In this document: piece by piece, positions 11,006-24,504 of the stretch
Layout: each line of letters begins with the position of its first letter
How positions within the stretch are numbered: the first letter of the stretch is position 1
NCBI RefSeq assembly: GCF_020745735.1
Contig: NC_083419.1
Coordinates: 27,116,085 to 27,180,084 of the forward strand
Length of the DNA stretch: 64,000 nucleotides
Source of the DNA: Hemiscyllium ocellatum
Lineage: Eukaryota
Direction of reading: 5' to 3'
Notes under the pieces: generated by a model
Told to the model about the DNA's origin: nothing
The model's database searches: none
The model's input: only the letters and a program-made list of their open reading frames with translations
Translations under genes and position numbers: made by a program

Positions 11006-14000
11006 ACATAGAACATAGAACATAGAAAAATACAGCGCAGTACAGGCCCTTCAGCCCTCGATGTTGCGCCGATCCAAGCCCACCTAACCTACACTAGCCC
11101 ACTTTCCTCCATATGCCGATCCAATGCCCGTTTAAATGCCCATAAAGAGGGAGAGTCCACCACTGTTACTGGCAGGGCATTCCATGAACTCACGACTCGT
11201 TGAGTAAAGAATCTACCCCTAACATCTGTCCTATACCTACCACCCCTTAATTTAAAGCTATGCCCCCTTGTAATATCTGAGTCCATACGTGGAAAAAGGT
11301 TCTCATGGTCAACCCTATCTAAACCCCTAATCATCTTGTACACCTCTATCAAGTCACCCCTAAACCTTCTTTTCTCCAATGAAAACAGTTCCAAGTGCCT
11401 CAGCCTTTCCTCATACGATCTTCCTACCATACCAGGCAACATCCTGGTAAACCTCCTCTGCACCCGTTCCAGTGTCTCCACATCCTTCCTATAGTATGGC
11501 GACCAAAACTGCACACAATACTCCAGATGCGGCCACACCAGAGTCTTATACAACTGCAACATGACCTCAGGACTCCGGAACTCAATTCCTCTACCAATAA
11601 AAGCCAGTACACCATATGCCTTCTTCACAGCACTATTTACCTGGGTAGCAACTTTCAGAGATCTTTGTAAATGGACACCAAGATCCCTCTGCTCATCCAC
11701 ACTACCAAGTATCCGACCATTAGCCCAGTACTCCATCTTCTTGTTACTCTTACCAAAGTGAATCACTTCACACTTAGCTACATTGAATTCCATTTGCCAC
11801 CTATCTGCCCAGCTCTGCAGCTTATCTATATCCCGCTATAACCTGCCACATCCTTCCTCACTGTCAACAACTCCACCGACTTTCGTATCATCCGCAAACT
11901 TGCTCACCCAACCTTCTAGCCCCTCCTCCAGGTCATTTATAAAAATGACAAACAGCAATGGTCCCAAAACAGATCCTTGCGGAACACTGCTGGTAACTGC
12001 ACTCCAAGATGAACCTTTCCCATCAACTACTACCCTCTGTCTTCTTCCAGCCAGCCAATTCCTAATCCAAACCTCCAACTCACCCTCAATGCCATACCTC
12101 CGTATTTTTTGCAGTAGCCTACCATGGGGAACCTTATCAAACGCCTTACTAAATTCCATATACACCACATCAACCGCTTTACCCTCGTCCACCTCCTTAG
12201 TCACCTTCTCAAAGAATTCAATAAGGTTTGTGAGGCACGACTTGCCCTTCACAAAACCATGCTGACTATCCTTGATCACATTATTCCTATCCAGATGTTC
12301 ATAAATCCTATCCCTTACAATTCTCTCTAAGACTTTGCCCACAACAGAGGTAAGACTCACCGGCCTATAGTTACTAGGGTTATCCCTACTCCCCTTCTTG
12401 AACAAGGGAATTACATTTGCTATCCTCCAGTCTTCTGGCACTATTCCTGTAGACAACGAGGACATAAAAATCAAGGCCAATGGCTCTGCAATCTCCTCCC
12501 TTGCTTCCCAGAGAATCCTAGGATAAATGCCATCAGGCCCAGGGGACTTATCTACATTCACCCTTTCCAGAATTTCCAACACCTCTTCCCTACCTACCTC
12601 AAAGCCATCCATTCTAATTAATTGTGACTCAATATTCACATCAGCAACAATGTCCAGTTCCTGAGTGAATACTGACGAAAAGTATTCATTCAGTGTCTCC
12701 CCAATTTCTTCAGCCTCCACACGCAACTTCCCACTACTATCCTTGACGAGACCTATTCCTACCCTAGTCATCCTTTTATTCTTGACATACCTATAGAAAG
12801 CCTTTGAGTTTTTCCTAATCCTATCAACCAAGGACTTTTCATGTCCCCTCCTTGCTGCTCTTAGCTCTCTCTTTATATCCTTCCTGGCTACCTTATAACT
12901 CTCAATCGCCCCAATTAAACGTTCACGCCTCATCTTTACATAGGCCGCCCTCTTCCCTTTAACAAGGGATTCCAATTCCTTATTAAACCACGGCTCCCTC
13001 ACACATACTCTTTCCTCCCTGCCTGACAGATACATACTTATCAAGGACACTCCGTAGTTGTTCCTTGAACAAGCTCCACATTTCGATTGCACCCTTCCCT
13101 TGAAGCCTACTTTTCCAAGCCATGCATCCTAAGTCATGCCTCACCGCATCATAATTTCCCTGCCCCAGCTATAACTCTTGCCCTGTAGTGTACACTTATC
13201 CCTCTCCATCACTAGAGTAAAAGTCACCGAATTGTGCTCACTGTCCCCAAAGTGCTCACCTACCTCCAATTCTAACACCTGGCCTGGTTCGTTACCCAGA
13301 ACCAAATCCAGTATGGCCTCACCTCTTGTTGGCCTGTCTACATATTGTGTCAGGAAACTCTCCTGCACACATTGGACAAACACCGACCCATCTAACGTAC
13401 TCGAGCTATAGCTTTCCCAGTCAATACCTGGAAAGTTAAAGTCCCCCATAACAACCACCCTATTACTTTCACTCTTCTCCTGAATCATCCTCGCAATCCT
13501 TTCTTCTACGTTTATAGGACTATTAGGAGGCCTGTAGAAAACTCCTAACAGGGTGACCTCACCTTTCCTATTTCTAAGCTCAGCCCAAACGACCTCAGAT
13601 GGCGAGTCTTCATCCATCGTCCTTTCCACTGCTGTAATATTATCTTTGACAAGCAATGCCACATCTCCCCCTCTTTTACCCCCACCTCTGACCCTACTAA
13701 AACATTTAAACCCTGGAACCTGCAACAACCAATCTTGTCCCTGTTCTACCCATGTCTCCGTAATAGCCACAACATCGAACTCCCAAGTACCAACCCACGC
13801 TGCAAGTTCACCTACCTTATTTCGTATACTTCTCGCATTGAAGTACACACACTTCAAGCCACCTTCCTGTTTACAGGCACCCTCCTTAGAGATTGCTGCC
13901 ATGTTCCTAACCTCTCTACACTCCAGGTCCTGCACTCTAAAACTACAGTCTAGGTTCCCATGCCCCTGCAGAGTTAGTTTAAACCCCCCCGAAAGAGCAC

Positions 14001-14532
14001 TAGCAAACCTCTCCCCAAGGATACTGGTGCCCCTCAGGTTCAGGTTTAGACCATCATGTTTATAGAGGTCCCACCTTTCCCAGAAAGAACCCCAGTTATC
14101 CAGAAACTGGAATCCCTCCCTCCTGCACCATCCCTGTAGCCACGCATTTAACTGCTCTCTCTCCCTATTTCTCGACTCTCTATCACGTGGCACGGGTAAC
14201 AAACCAGAGACAACAACTCTATTTGTTCTAACTCTGAGCTTCCAACCTAGCTCCCTGAAAGCCTGCCTAACATCCTCATCCCTCTTCCTACCTATGTCGT
14301 TGGTGCCAATCTGGACCACGACTTTGGGCTGTTCCCCCTCCCCCTCCCCCTTAAGGATCCAGAAAACACGATCAGAGACATCATGTACCCTTGCACCTGG
14401 GAGGCAACATACCAAACGTGAGTCTCTCTCGCCCCCACAAAACCGCCTATCTGTGCCCCGAACTATCGAGTCTCCAATAACTATTGCTCTGCTCTTCTCC
14501 ACCCTTCCCTTCTGAGCAATGGGGATAGGCTC
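11006..14532 (-). mobile_element. Young 5'-truncated CR1 LINE: ORF1 SGNH esterase, ORF2 APE endonuclease + RT, (TATGTTC)n tail; ORF2 broken by a few frameshifts
   Basis: ORFs 13141-14697 (IVIGDSIVRG, IGTNDI, YFNARS, ITETW, GDFN, LDLVL), 11836-13092 ([24 protein letters not shown]) and 11089-11793; tail catagaacatagaacatagaa at about 11007-11027. Confidence 0.97.
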
Positions 14533-15487
14533 ATTTATTGTTTTGGACTTAAATGGAGGAAGTATGAATTGAGAAATTTGCAGATGACAAAAATTGGCCG
14601 GGTAGTTAGTTGACCCCAGAACGATATAAATGGTTTGATTGAGAGGGCAGAAAAGTGGCAAATGAAATTCAATCTGGAAAACTATGAGGTGGTGCATTGG
14701 GAAGGAAAAATCAAAGCTATAGAATATACAATGAACAGCAGGACATTGAGAGGGGTGGGAAAATTAGAGTGCATGTCCATGCAGTCCATACGTAAGGCAG
14801 ATAGACAAGGTGGTAAAGAAAATATATTGTGACAATACTATGGTTTTAAGAGGTGTATTTTGTCCTTTTTTAAATGAAGAAAGTTTGAGACAGAGGTAGT
14901 AAGCAATCTGTTCCAAGCCAATATGGTGAACACCTGGTGAGGCCTATGGTTTTGTTTTAAAGTAGGAACATTGACTAGTATGAATGGGTGGAGTCAGGCT
15001 CTCTGAGAACCAAGGACTTAGTTTAGCTTTCAGTAGTTGTTACTGGTTTTTGGAAACTAGTTGAAAAAGATATCACATCTCTCTCTTTGCTACAGTTAAA
15101 AGCTGGAGTTTTCTCTTTTACCAGAATTGCATGTGAGACAGTCTGTTTATTGAAGCCATGATTTGGAGACGCCGTTGTTGGACTGGGGTGTACTAAGTTT
15201 AAAATCACAACACCAGGTGATAGACCAACAGATTTATTTGGAAGCATTAGCTTTCGGAGCGCTGCTCCTTAATCAGGTGGTTTTAGAGAATAAGATTGTA
15301 AGACACAGAACTTATAGCAAAAGTTTACAGTGTGATGTAACTGAAATTACATATCGAAAAAGACCTGGATTGTTTGTTAAGTCTCTCATCTTTTACAATG
15401 ACCATGTTGGTTTCAGTTCTTTCATCAGTAAATCGCAAAACATTTTTTTAAAGTTACATTCTCAAGAGAATTTTAATAATTGGTGTG

Positions 15488-15601
15488 ATGCTCGAAACGT
15501 CGAATTCTCTATTCCTGAGATGCTGCCTAACCTGCTGTGCTTTGACCAGCAACACATTTGCAGCTGTGATCTCCAGCATCTGCAGACCTCATTTTTTACT
15601 C
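15488..15601 (+). mobile_element. Solo 3'-terminal fragment of the young Penelope family, nested in the older Penelope
   Basis: Matches 8887-9000; TSD gtgat at 15485-15489 and 15602-15606. Confidence 0.85.
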
Positions 15602-16302
15602 GTGATATCAGCGCAGATAATATATTAAAAGTGTTAGATTCCCTGTGTGAGGCTGTCTATGCCACAATGGTCAGACTGATTCTAATCTAATACATGCATT
15701 TACAGAATCCTGCAAATATTCATGCAGTTTTTGAGCAAAAAAAATGTAATTCTGCAAGTACAAATTCACCCCACAAACTTATGTATATGTGTGAAGGGGG
15801 TTATTATGAGTGTCTGTGAGAGAGTGTGTGTATGTGTGAGTGTAAAGGGGTATAAGTCTGTGAGAGGGTTGTGTGGGAGTGTATATGTGAGAGTATGAGA
15901 AAGGCTGTGTGTGTGTGTGTCTGTGTCTGTCTGTCTGTATGTGTCTATAGTGCAATGGGGTCACCTGTAATGGTGGCATGTACTCATGTGACTCACCCAA
16001 TGTCGTCTATCTCATACACTGCAGACAAGAATGCCCTAAGGATCGGTACATTGGCAAGACCAAACAGAGACATCGCACACAATCAACAGACAGGAACGTT
16101 CCCTACCAGTCGGAGAACACTTCAGCAGTCCAGGACATTCGAACTCGGACTTTCAGGTGACCGTCCTCCAAGGCGGACTTCGGGACAGGCAACAACAAAA
16201 AGTGGCCAAGCAGAGGCTGATAGCCAAGTTCGGTACCCATGGGGATGGCCTCAACCAGGATCTTGGGTTCATGTCACACTACAGGTGATCCCATTGCACT
16301 AT

Positions 16303-16318
16303 ACATACACACACACAC

Positions 16319-16361
<43 letters not shown>

Positions 16362-16386
16362 CACAGACACAGACAGACACACACAC
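16303..16386 (+). repeat. (CA)n microsatellite
   Basis: Direct observation. Confidence 0.95.
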
Positions 16387-17717
16387 TCAAACCCTCTCTC
16401 ATATACCCATACATACACTCCTACACACACCCTCTCACACACTTATACTCCTTTACACTTGCACATATACACTTTCTCACAGACACTCATACCACCCCCA
16501 AAACACATATACCCCCCCACACACATACACATATAAGTTTGTGGGGTGATGTGTACTTGCAGAATTACATTTTACTTTGCTCAAAAACTGTATGAATCCA
16601 TGTAAGATTCTGTAAATCCATTTTTTTAGATTGGAATGCCAGTCCAACCCCGGCATCTCCAAATCATGCCTATTAAGTCACCTCTAAACCTTTTTCTCTC
16701 TAACAATACAATGTCGGACAACCACCTGGTGAAGGAGCAGTGCTCCAAAAGCCAGTGCTTCCAAATAAACCTGTTAGACTATAACCTGGTGTTGTGTGAA
16801 TTTTAACTTTGTTTTATTGAATGTGTCTTTGTCAAGTGGGTGTTTATGAAATGTTATTATATTGAAACAGTTGCCGTTTAGTTGTTAAATAATGTATTAT
16901 TCTGCTACATTTTCAAATAGAGTTAAGTTATTCCAATTCTTCTTTATTTTGTTTGGATTTTAGCGATAAGGTAAGAAGAAAGTGGAACACAGCAACTTAC
17001 ACTTGCCTTTAAATAAGAAAACGTTAGGATCTAGGTTAGCTCCTTGATATGTTGGAAGGGATTTGGTCTGGTCCACAACAATAGGGATTTTCTTCCTTTA
17101 TTGGAGATCTAGCATACAAAAGCAGGCATCTAATGCTGGAACTGTACGATAGTGCAGTGTCTCCACCTGCCACCTTCTTTCCTGACTAAATAACCCCACA
17201 AAAAGAAACCTGCCACGGGGAAGGACAATAATTTCCACTTGTTGGTTAGAGGAAGTTGGCTGGAAGGAGATTAATTTTGAACATAAATACCAGCATAGAT
17301 TTAGTGGACTAAATGGCATGTATCTATGCAGTAAAATCTAATTCTATGTGCAGCAAAAAATGATAAACAAACCAATAAACCTGAATAAATATTTAGATAT
17401 ATCCTGTAAGATCTTCCTGCATGCATCCTCTTGTTCCCCATCATCAGTAATTAATAACTGGGGCGCCTCATAACTTTCAAATAACCCTGAGTGGAACTTG
17501 GAGTCGTGCAAGCAGTAATATATCCCAAGATGATGATGGGCCTTTTGAAATGTTGCTCACAAATCACATAACCTGATAATCCCCTATAGCCCACCCAACG
17601 TCAAATTGCTCCTTTCTTTGAAAACAATGACTCACACTAGTATCATGCATTAACTGTGTTTTACATTGTCAATGCAGATATACCAACTGTTGGCCATTCT
17701 CTGATCCCTGTAATTCA

Positions 17718-18045
17718 TTAGATTAGATTAACTGATTAGATTAGATTAACAGTGTGGAAACAGGCCCTTCGGCCCAACAAGTCCACACCGACCCGCCGAA
17801 GCGAAACCCACCCATACCCCTACATTACCCCTTACCTAACACTATGGGCAAATTTAGCATGGCCAATTCACCTGACCCGCACATCTTTGGACTGTGGGAG
17901 GAAACCGGAGCACCCGGAGGAAACCCACGCAGACACGGGGAGAACGTGCAAACTCCACACAGTCAGTCGCCTGAGTCCGGAATTGAACCCGGGTCTTCAG
18001 GCGCTGTGAGGCAGCAGTGCTAACCACTGTGCCACCATGCCGCCC
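17718..18045 (-). mobile_element. Young HE1/V-SINE-type SINE with (CTAAT)n tail
   Basis: CpG-rich, near reverse complement of 42410-42729; A box TGGCACAGTGG, B box GGTTCAATTCC. Confidence 0.92.
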
Positions 18046-19957
18046 ATGCGGCAATCATATGTGTTTTATTGGTGGACCTCGAGTGAATTTTCTTTATATC
18101 TTATGGATTTGTTCTGTAGTCATTGGATAAACTTCAGTTTTAAATCAAAGATGGTTCCTTTATTTAACTGATACTCACACATGAGTATTTTCTAGTAAAC
18201 CAAATGTATAGTAAGCAGAAGCCATGGCTGTAACTAGTATAGGGGAAGAGAGTCCAACTATAATGTCCTTTGCTAACCTTGATCAAGATCAGGAAATTAG
18301 AAACGTAGAAACAGAAGGCCATTCAGCTCATCAAGCATGTTTACGACTCCAATTAAGAATGTGAAAATGACCTCCAAAATAAATATTTTGATTTAAATCT
18401 GTTGGTAATAACTTAAAACCACAAAAGGTGATTTATTTAAAAAGGACGTTATTTGTTTTGATTACATTCAATGTGGTAATAAATGAAACTCAGGAGCTGC
18501 ATAATTACTGAGTTTAACAAATTGAATACCCAAGCATCACCCTGCATCCAATGTAATGTTTGTTTATATTACTATACATCTTGATAAAGCATTTCATATG
18601 ATTCAATAACATGCTTCATTTCAGTCTTTATTGGATTTATGTGGCTTTTAGAACATGTTCTATTCCCATGCAAGTTAGACCACACTGAGGCATGCAAAAT
18701 CTCTCTTTTCTACACAAAGGCATGTTTAGTTAGATTGTGAATAAACGATCAAAAATTTCCCGATTCAAAAGTGGACTGGCATGAAATTAGGGGAATTGTG
18801 CATCTCATTAGATAAACTGCACTGACTGACATAACAGACATGTTTTATAGGGATTTGAAATGCACACATCTTATTTGAGCAAGCAAGGGGCTTATGGAAG
18901 TAAAATTAGATATCAGTGATAAATGGCATATCTAAACTATGTCACTTGTGACCCAGAGCTTAATAATCTACCTCACAAAACTTTTCACTTCCTATTTGCA
19001 TTCCTGCTCATTATTTTGTCATCTTTGAAATTCTGAGATGTGTAGGTTTAGAATCATATTTACAAATAAATTCTTAGTCTGAGCACTAGATTTCACCAGT
19101 TTTGACAGTTTCAGATATAATCATATCAATGGGAACATTCATTCAATGAATTGTACCCACATGCCTTCAGGATAGATCTCTAAACATTCCACTTGATCCA
19201 AATATTGCCACAAACTTTGTCTGAAGTAAAAAAAAAGTACACACACATTTTCAAACACAAATATACATAAGAAAACAAGTAAAATCTCACATAATTAACC
19301 TCCAATCCTTTGGTTTACTTGTATATAATTTCAATACACAAATATATTGTTGAAAGATCCAGCTTTGCAACAAATATAGTGCCACAATCTGGCAATTTTA
19401 ATTCAAAAACCATTGTAAAAATAGTTATTCTTATGGCTGTTTAGTTTTACACCAGGAGTATGTAGATGATTCTAACAGGTGATCTGTTTTGTGACGACAG
19501 CATCAGTAAATTCAAACCCTCAAATGTTCAAACATTGTTTTTCATGTAGTGCACCTGTGGAATGAGAAATATATTGTAAAATATCACACACACATAAAGG
19601 CATTTTACCTGAAGCAAACATTATTTACGTACAGAAATAGTCCCATAACTGCCGTTCAACTTTAATGCCATACAAAATGATTGCTAAGCATGTCCAACCT
19701 TGGCAATTGTGTTGCCAAACAATTGGGTCAATTGAGCTTAATTCTGATTTCATCTGACATTCAGACAAACACATCCAGCAAAAGAAGGTGGCAGGCTGAC
19801 AGACTAACATCCAGTTTCTGGGGAAATTGCCACCCATGGTCCTTGGAGGTTCATGCCCTGGAAACAAGGCCTATAGGGAATATAGACCTCAACTGACTTT
19901 TCCATCTTAATACAGAGATGCTAAAACCAATAGTAGCATCTCCTATTTCCTCCCAGT

Positions 19958-20512
19958 TATAGAATCATACAGTACAGAAACAGACTCTTTGGCCCAACTC
20001 GTCCGCAACAACCAGATATCCTAAACTAATCTGGTCCCATTTGCCTGTACTAAGCCCATATCCCCTAAACGCTTTCTATTCATCTACCCATCCAGATAAC
20101 TTTTAAATGTTGCAACTGTGTCCACTTCCACCATCTCCTCTGACAGCTCATTCCATGAATGCACCATGCTCTGTGTGAAAATGTTGCCCCTCAGGTCCCT
20201 TTTAAATATTTTCCCCTTCACTTTAATCCTATGTCCTCTAGTTTTGGACTCCCCAAAGCTGGGAAAAATACCTTGGTTATTCACCCTATCCATGCTCCTC
20301 ATGATTTTGTAAACCTCCAAGGTCACCCCTTCGATGCTCCAGGAAAACAGCCCCACCCTATTCAGCCTCTCCCTATAGCTCAATGCCTCCAATCCCAGCA
20401 ATGTCCTTGTAAATTTTTTCTGAACCGTTTCATGTTGAACAACATCTTTCCTATAGCAGGGAGACCAGAATTGAATACAGTATTCTAAACGCGACCTCAC
20501 CAATGTCCAGCA
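19958..20512 (-). mobile_element. CR1 LINE 3' fragment
   Basis: ORF 20084-20515 LVR.RLEYC.QFWSP.YRKD...TRGH..K; tail tatagaatcatac. Confidence 0.88.
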
Positions 20513-22117
20513 CAATTACAAAATCAATTATAGATAGCAGCTTGAAGATCTCTGCTACTCATTGGATTCACTCGCTGAGCCATTGAAAAAGTTGTAATTT
20601 AATCTTGTTATTAAATGAGAAAACCTTTTTTACTTTAGATGTGCCATATTCTGCAATATTCTGAAATATGTAAAACATAGACGTAAACAGAATCTAATAG
20701 CTTGATTAATCATCATAACAGCTTCAAACGACCCAGAAGATTAACCGAAGATGTCATCAGAATTAGTGTTTTCAAAAGCACCCACTTATTTTTATTATTG
20801 GTCAGTTAGATGACCATGTGTGCATAACCATAAACCAACTCTTTTTTTAAAACACTTCTTCACAGATCCAATTACATGGTATTAGACAACATTTTGTACT
20901 GAACAGAACACCAAATAAAATATTGGATTCTGGATTATCAATTCTAAAACTTCCTAAACTGAGACAATTCTGGAAAAAGCTCTCCGCAAAGGGTGGTTTT
21001 GTTTTAAACTTGCGTACACTCTATTCTGAAAGTGATGATTTATACAGGATTAAAGTTTTGCAGAATAGTTAATCCTCATGTATTATTCCAGACAATAGGT
21101 TATTACTGCTGTGCCAAATCTTGTTTTTTCCAGATATTCACATATGTGTACTATCCAGCAATGGCCATTTGACAATAACCAGATGCAAAAACCATGGCTG
21201 ATACATTCCCTCCCTAGACCTGGGAGTAAAACCAATGTTGTTGTTCTAATGCTACGCCAGCTGTGATCTTCAATTAAACCATAGTGGAATCTTACAAAAG
21301 GTGCTGGCAAAGATGCTAAAGCAGCTATACAGGTTGTAACAGAACATAGAGGTATACCAGTCGAAAAATAATCAGCTATGCACTGTACGTTTATTTTCCC
21401 AGTAATATACCACAGATTATGTATCAAAATAAGTGAGTGGTTTTTCTAAAAATTAATTGTAGGTCCATGAAGGTGAAGTTAAAGAAACAAAGAAACGGCA
21501 TTTATCGAGCACCTCAGGATGTCCCAAAGCAGTTTACAATGAATGAAGAAGCTCTGAAAAGTATAGTGTCATTACTAGAATGTGGATCATTAAGTTAAAT
21601 TGAACTCTAATACTGCATGACTGTTAGTCGACTGACATTATTGAACTTTCATTGTCACTCCTAAGATTTGTTGCTGTGTAGCTTTACACCAGTTCAATTA
21701 CAGCAGCAAGATGTGCATCATGTTAAAGATTACTTTTATTCTGCTGTCCATCCCTACCATAAAAATAAGAAAGGAGTTTCACTTTGAACTATTGCCAATT
21801 GACAGTCAAATCCTGGAATCACTCCACTTTAATCTACAAGCTCTGCTAAATATCCACCATCCTGTCAAATTTTACTTACTCGATTAATTCCTAGCCTCAA
21901 CCCACAGTATTACGGTGGTGTTCATCCAAATGCAAATTGGTTTTTTTTAGCCTCATTTAAACTGAGTCTCTGTGGGTTTATATTCCTCTATGCTTTGCAC
22001 ATCAGGGGGCAAAAGAATTGATTATTGAGGAGTCTTCTTGAGATTTCCTCAAGCTATTATTTTATTCTCACTAACTCCTTTATTAGGCGAGATGCAGTCA
22101 GGTAGCAACATTACCTG

Positions 22118-22333
22118 AAATAAAAACAAAGTGCTGGAGGTCTGACAGCTTCTGTGGAGAGAAGTAGAGTTAATGTTTCGCGTCCGATATAACCTTTTCA
22201 GAATTCAGTCATATCTAACTTGAAGCATTACTTTGTTTTTCTCTCTCCACAGAAGGTGCTAGCCCTGTTGAGTTTCTCCAGCACTTTGTTTTTATTTCAG
22301 ATTTCCAGCATCTGCAGCATTTTGCTTTTAGTA
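22118..22333. mobile_element. Penelope-derived inverted-repeat element (old)
   Basis: Arms AAATAAAAACAAAGTGCTGGAG / CTCCAGCACTTTGTTTTTATTT, end motif CCAGCATCTGCAG; flanks share attacct. Confidence 0.65.
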
Positions 22334-23329
22334 ATATTACCTTCTGTGTGTTGACATATGGGACATTTGGACTCTCAGAAGCAGAGAAATTCATCCATAT
22401 CCTCAACTACCAACCTGCCATTAAACCACAAGGTAAACTTCAATTTCATAGATATCAGTTTTAATTGGCACATCTAGCAACACAAGTTTTTTTTTAATAG
22501 CTGACATATTTCATATTGTGCACATTACTGTGCAATGAATGTGTAATCAGTGACTTCAGATTTTCCTGGATCCCAGTTTGCTAGATATTCCTTTGTTGAC
22601 AGAATCTCATCAGCTTTCCTTTCTCTCTCCCTTGGCTGCTACTTGCTTCCCACCATTTCCCCCCAACTCAGCCCGCTCAAGCTGCCTACTTCATGCCTAG
22701 CCTAGCAGACTCTTACTTATAGTGACCTCACCCAAGCAAACAGGAGGCTCCCACCCAAGCAAACTGGATGCTCTCACCCTTAGGCCTTGTCCAGCAGTAC
22801 ATTTCTCCAGGCCTTGACCCATCCACTCCTCACTCTTTCTCACTGGCTTTGCTCTGCTGTCTCAGCTCCCCAAGTTTCACCAGCCTTGTTCACCCCAATA
22901 CTTGTCCTCTTGCTGCTACTTCAGTACTGTCTGTTTCCCTCTTGCATTTGTACCAGTCTGTGATTGCAGCAACAGCAGCTCCTTTTAAAACTTTACCGTC
23001 TCTTGTATGGGAGGAAATTTTTCTGATGAATCACTTCCATTATTCAGTTTTTGGGCTGACTTGGCCACTTTCGGGAGAGAGTTTGACTGTACTCCTATAT
23101 ATTTTGAGCAATGCTGCACACCCAGTCAGCCTTTCCCTCCTTTTCCTTGCCAGTACTTAACAGCAAATCTTTAATTCTGTGAACCATCTGCTCTACTAAG
23201 CTTGATTTTGAAAGATTCCCTGCCTACGCTACATTTTCCAAATCTTGACTAGCTTGCCCCCAACTTTCCAAATTCCAAACCAAATGTCCCTCTGATTATA
23301 GCACCCCAGCCACTACCACCTCTCACTCG

Positions 23330-23830
23330 CTATGCTGACTTTCCCTTTTCTCTATTCTAGTCTTTCCCTGGTTTCTCCTACACTCCTCACTTCTTTTTCT
23401 CTCTTGCTTTGCAATCTTAGCTCATCTCTCTGCACTCCCTTTATATCTCTTATGTTTCTTCTCTATATCTTTCCTCTTCCACTTCCACTTACCCTCCCTT
23501 TCCCACTTTCTTCTTCTCTAACCATCCATTCAGTCACCCAACAAACATCCAGGTTTTTGTCCCTGCTCCTTCCAATCCCCTCTCCTCCCATTCCATCCTA
23601 TTCATTCTTATCTCCTCTACATCAGTTCCTTCCTCTTCTTTTTCTCTTTCCAAATTCACTTCCATAACTTTTCATTCATGTGGTTGTTTCTTGATTGTTT
23701 GTCTGAACTCTTCTCTTCCTATATTCCATGTTTTCTCTATTAATACCATTTCCTTTTTGTACAAACCTCCTATATTTTTCTCTGCTGGCATTTCCTGCCA
23801 TCCTAAATCTACTTTCTCACAGCTCCCCTT
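23330..23830. repeat. Pyrimidine-rich low-complexity tract
   Basis: Strong C/T bias; ORF 23332-23667 is a compositional artefact. Confidence 0.8.
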
Positions 23831-24335
23831 TTCAGGTCCATAAGAATCTAAAATGAACATCAGCAAGCAGCTGATTGGCAAATTTGTATCAATTAATAGC
23901 ACTATTGATAACACCATCAATTGGCTAATTATTAGGAGAGAATGATAAGATGGAGATTTGACAGTTCAGATTTGTTCTGTATTTTTGCAGGTACCTGAAT
24001 GATTTTCTGCATTATTGGGAAGATTCCAGCACCATAGTTGATTTGGAACAACTTGACCCAGGAGGGCCAAGTCAATAGCTCCTGCTTGAAGTGTCAGTAA
24101 TTCAATAATTTAATAATTGTATGAATTGCAACAAAGAGCACAAGATTTTCAAGTATTCCTAAGTATTAAGATACAGAGTGGTGGTAGAGGGTTGTTTTTT
24201 GGACTGGAGGCCTTTTACTAATGGTGTTCCACAGGGACTGGTGCTGGGTCCACTGTTGTTGGTCATTTAAATAAATGCTGCAAATGTGTTGCTGGTCAAA
24301 GCACAGCAGGTTAGGCAGCATCTCAGGAATAGAGA

Positions 24336-24371
24336 ATTCGACGTTTCGAGCATAAGCCCTTCATCAGGAAT
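24336..24371 (-). ncRNA. Minimal type I hammerhead ribozyme motif in Penelope pLTR
   Basis: attc-CTGATGA-a-gggc(ttat)gctc-GAAA-CG-TC/gaat: stem I attc/gaat, stem II, palindromic ACGT stem III, predicted cut after GUC (24340). PLE pLTRs are known to carry such motifs. Confidence 0.75.
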
Positions 24372-24504
24372 AAGAGAGAGAGAGCCAAGCCGGCTGAGAT
24401 AAAAGGTAGGGAGGAGGGACTAGGGGGAGGGGCGATGGAGGTGGGATAGGTGGAAGGAGGTCAAGGTGAGGGTGATAGGCCGGAGTGGGGTGGGGGCGGA
24501 GAGG

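Larger units (their letters stand above)
15155..16812. mobile_element. Penelope-like element remnant with inverted arms, GIY-YIG fragment and (CA)n-rich 3' region
   Basis: 15978-16280 encodes SCDSPNVVYLIHC...YIGKT (GIY-YIG); the left arm is the reverse complement of the right 3' region; hammerhead-like GA.GGAGCAG.GCTCC.AAAGC in both arms; TSD tttattgaa at 15146-15154 and 16813-16821. Confidence 0.85.
14828..17080. mobile_element. Probable solo LTR (TG...CA) interrupted by a Penelope insertion
   Basis: Begins TGTGACAA and ends ACAACA, precisely interrupting an old CR1; flanks atat/atag are consistent with a 4-bp TSD with one mismatch. Confidence 0.55.
10830..17150 (+). mobile_element. Old CR1 RT fragment split into three pieces (10830-11005, 14533-14827, 17081-17150) by later insertions
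   Basis: Colinear motifs across the gaps: GRLVKKMKAHGI / PLLFVVY / KFADD.KIG / WQMKFNLE.YEVVH / VVKK.Y / G..LSFIG. Confidence 0.75.

Noticed and set aside
15871-16595. Long ORFs rich in VC/TH repeats
   Set aside because: Translations of (GT)n/(CA)n tracts in a Penelope remnant
17718-18045. tRNA-like A/B boxes
   Set aside because: SINE head, not a tRNA gene: no cloverleaf, followed by V-SINE core and tail
21083-21427. 114-aa minus-strand ORF in non-repeat DNA
   Set aside because: No recognisable motif and a non-ATG start; may be 3'UTR or intergenic sequence
23970-24080. Strong plus-strand acceptor followed by YLNDFLHYWEDSSTIVDLEQLDPGGPSQ*
   Set aside because: No partner exons or homology recognised; cannot be supported as coding
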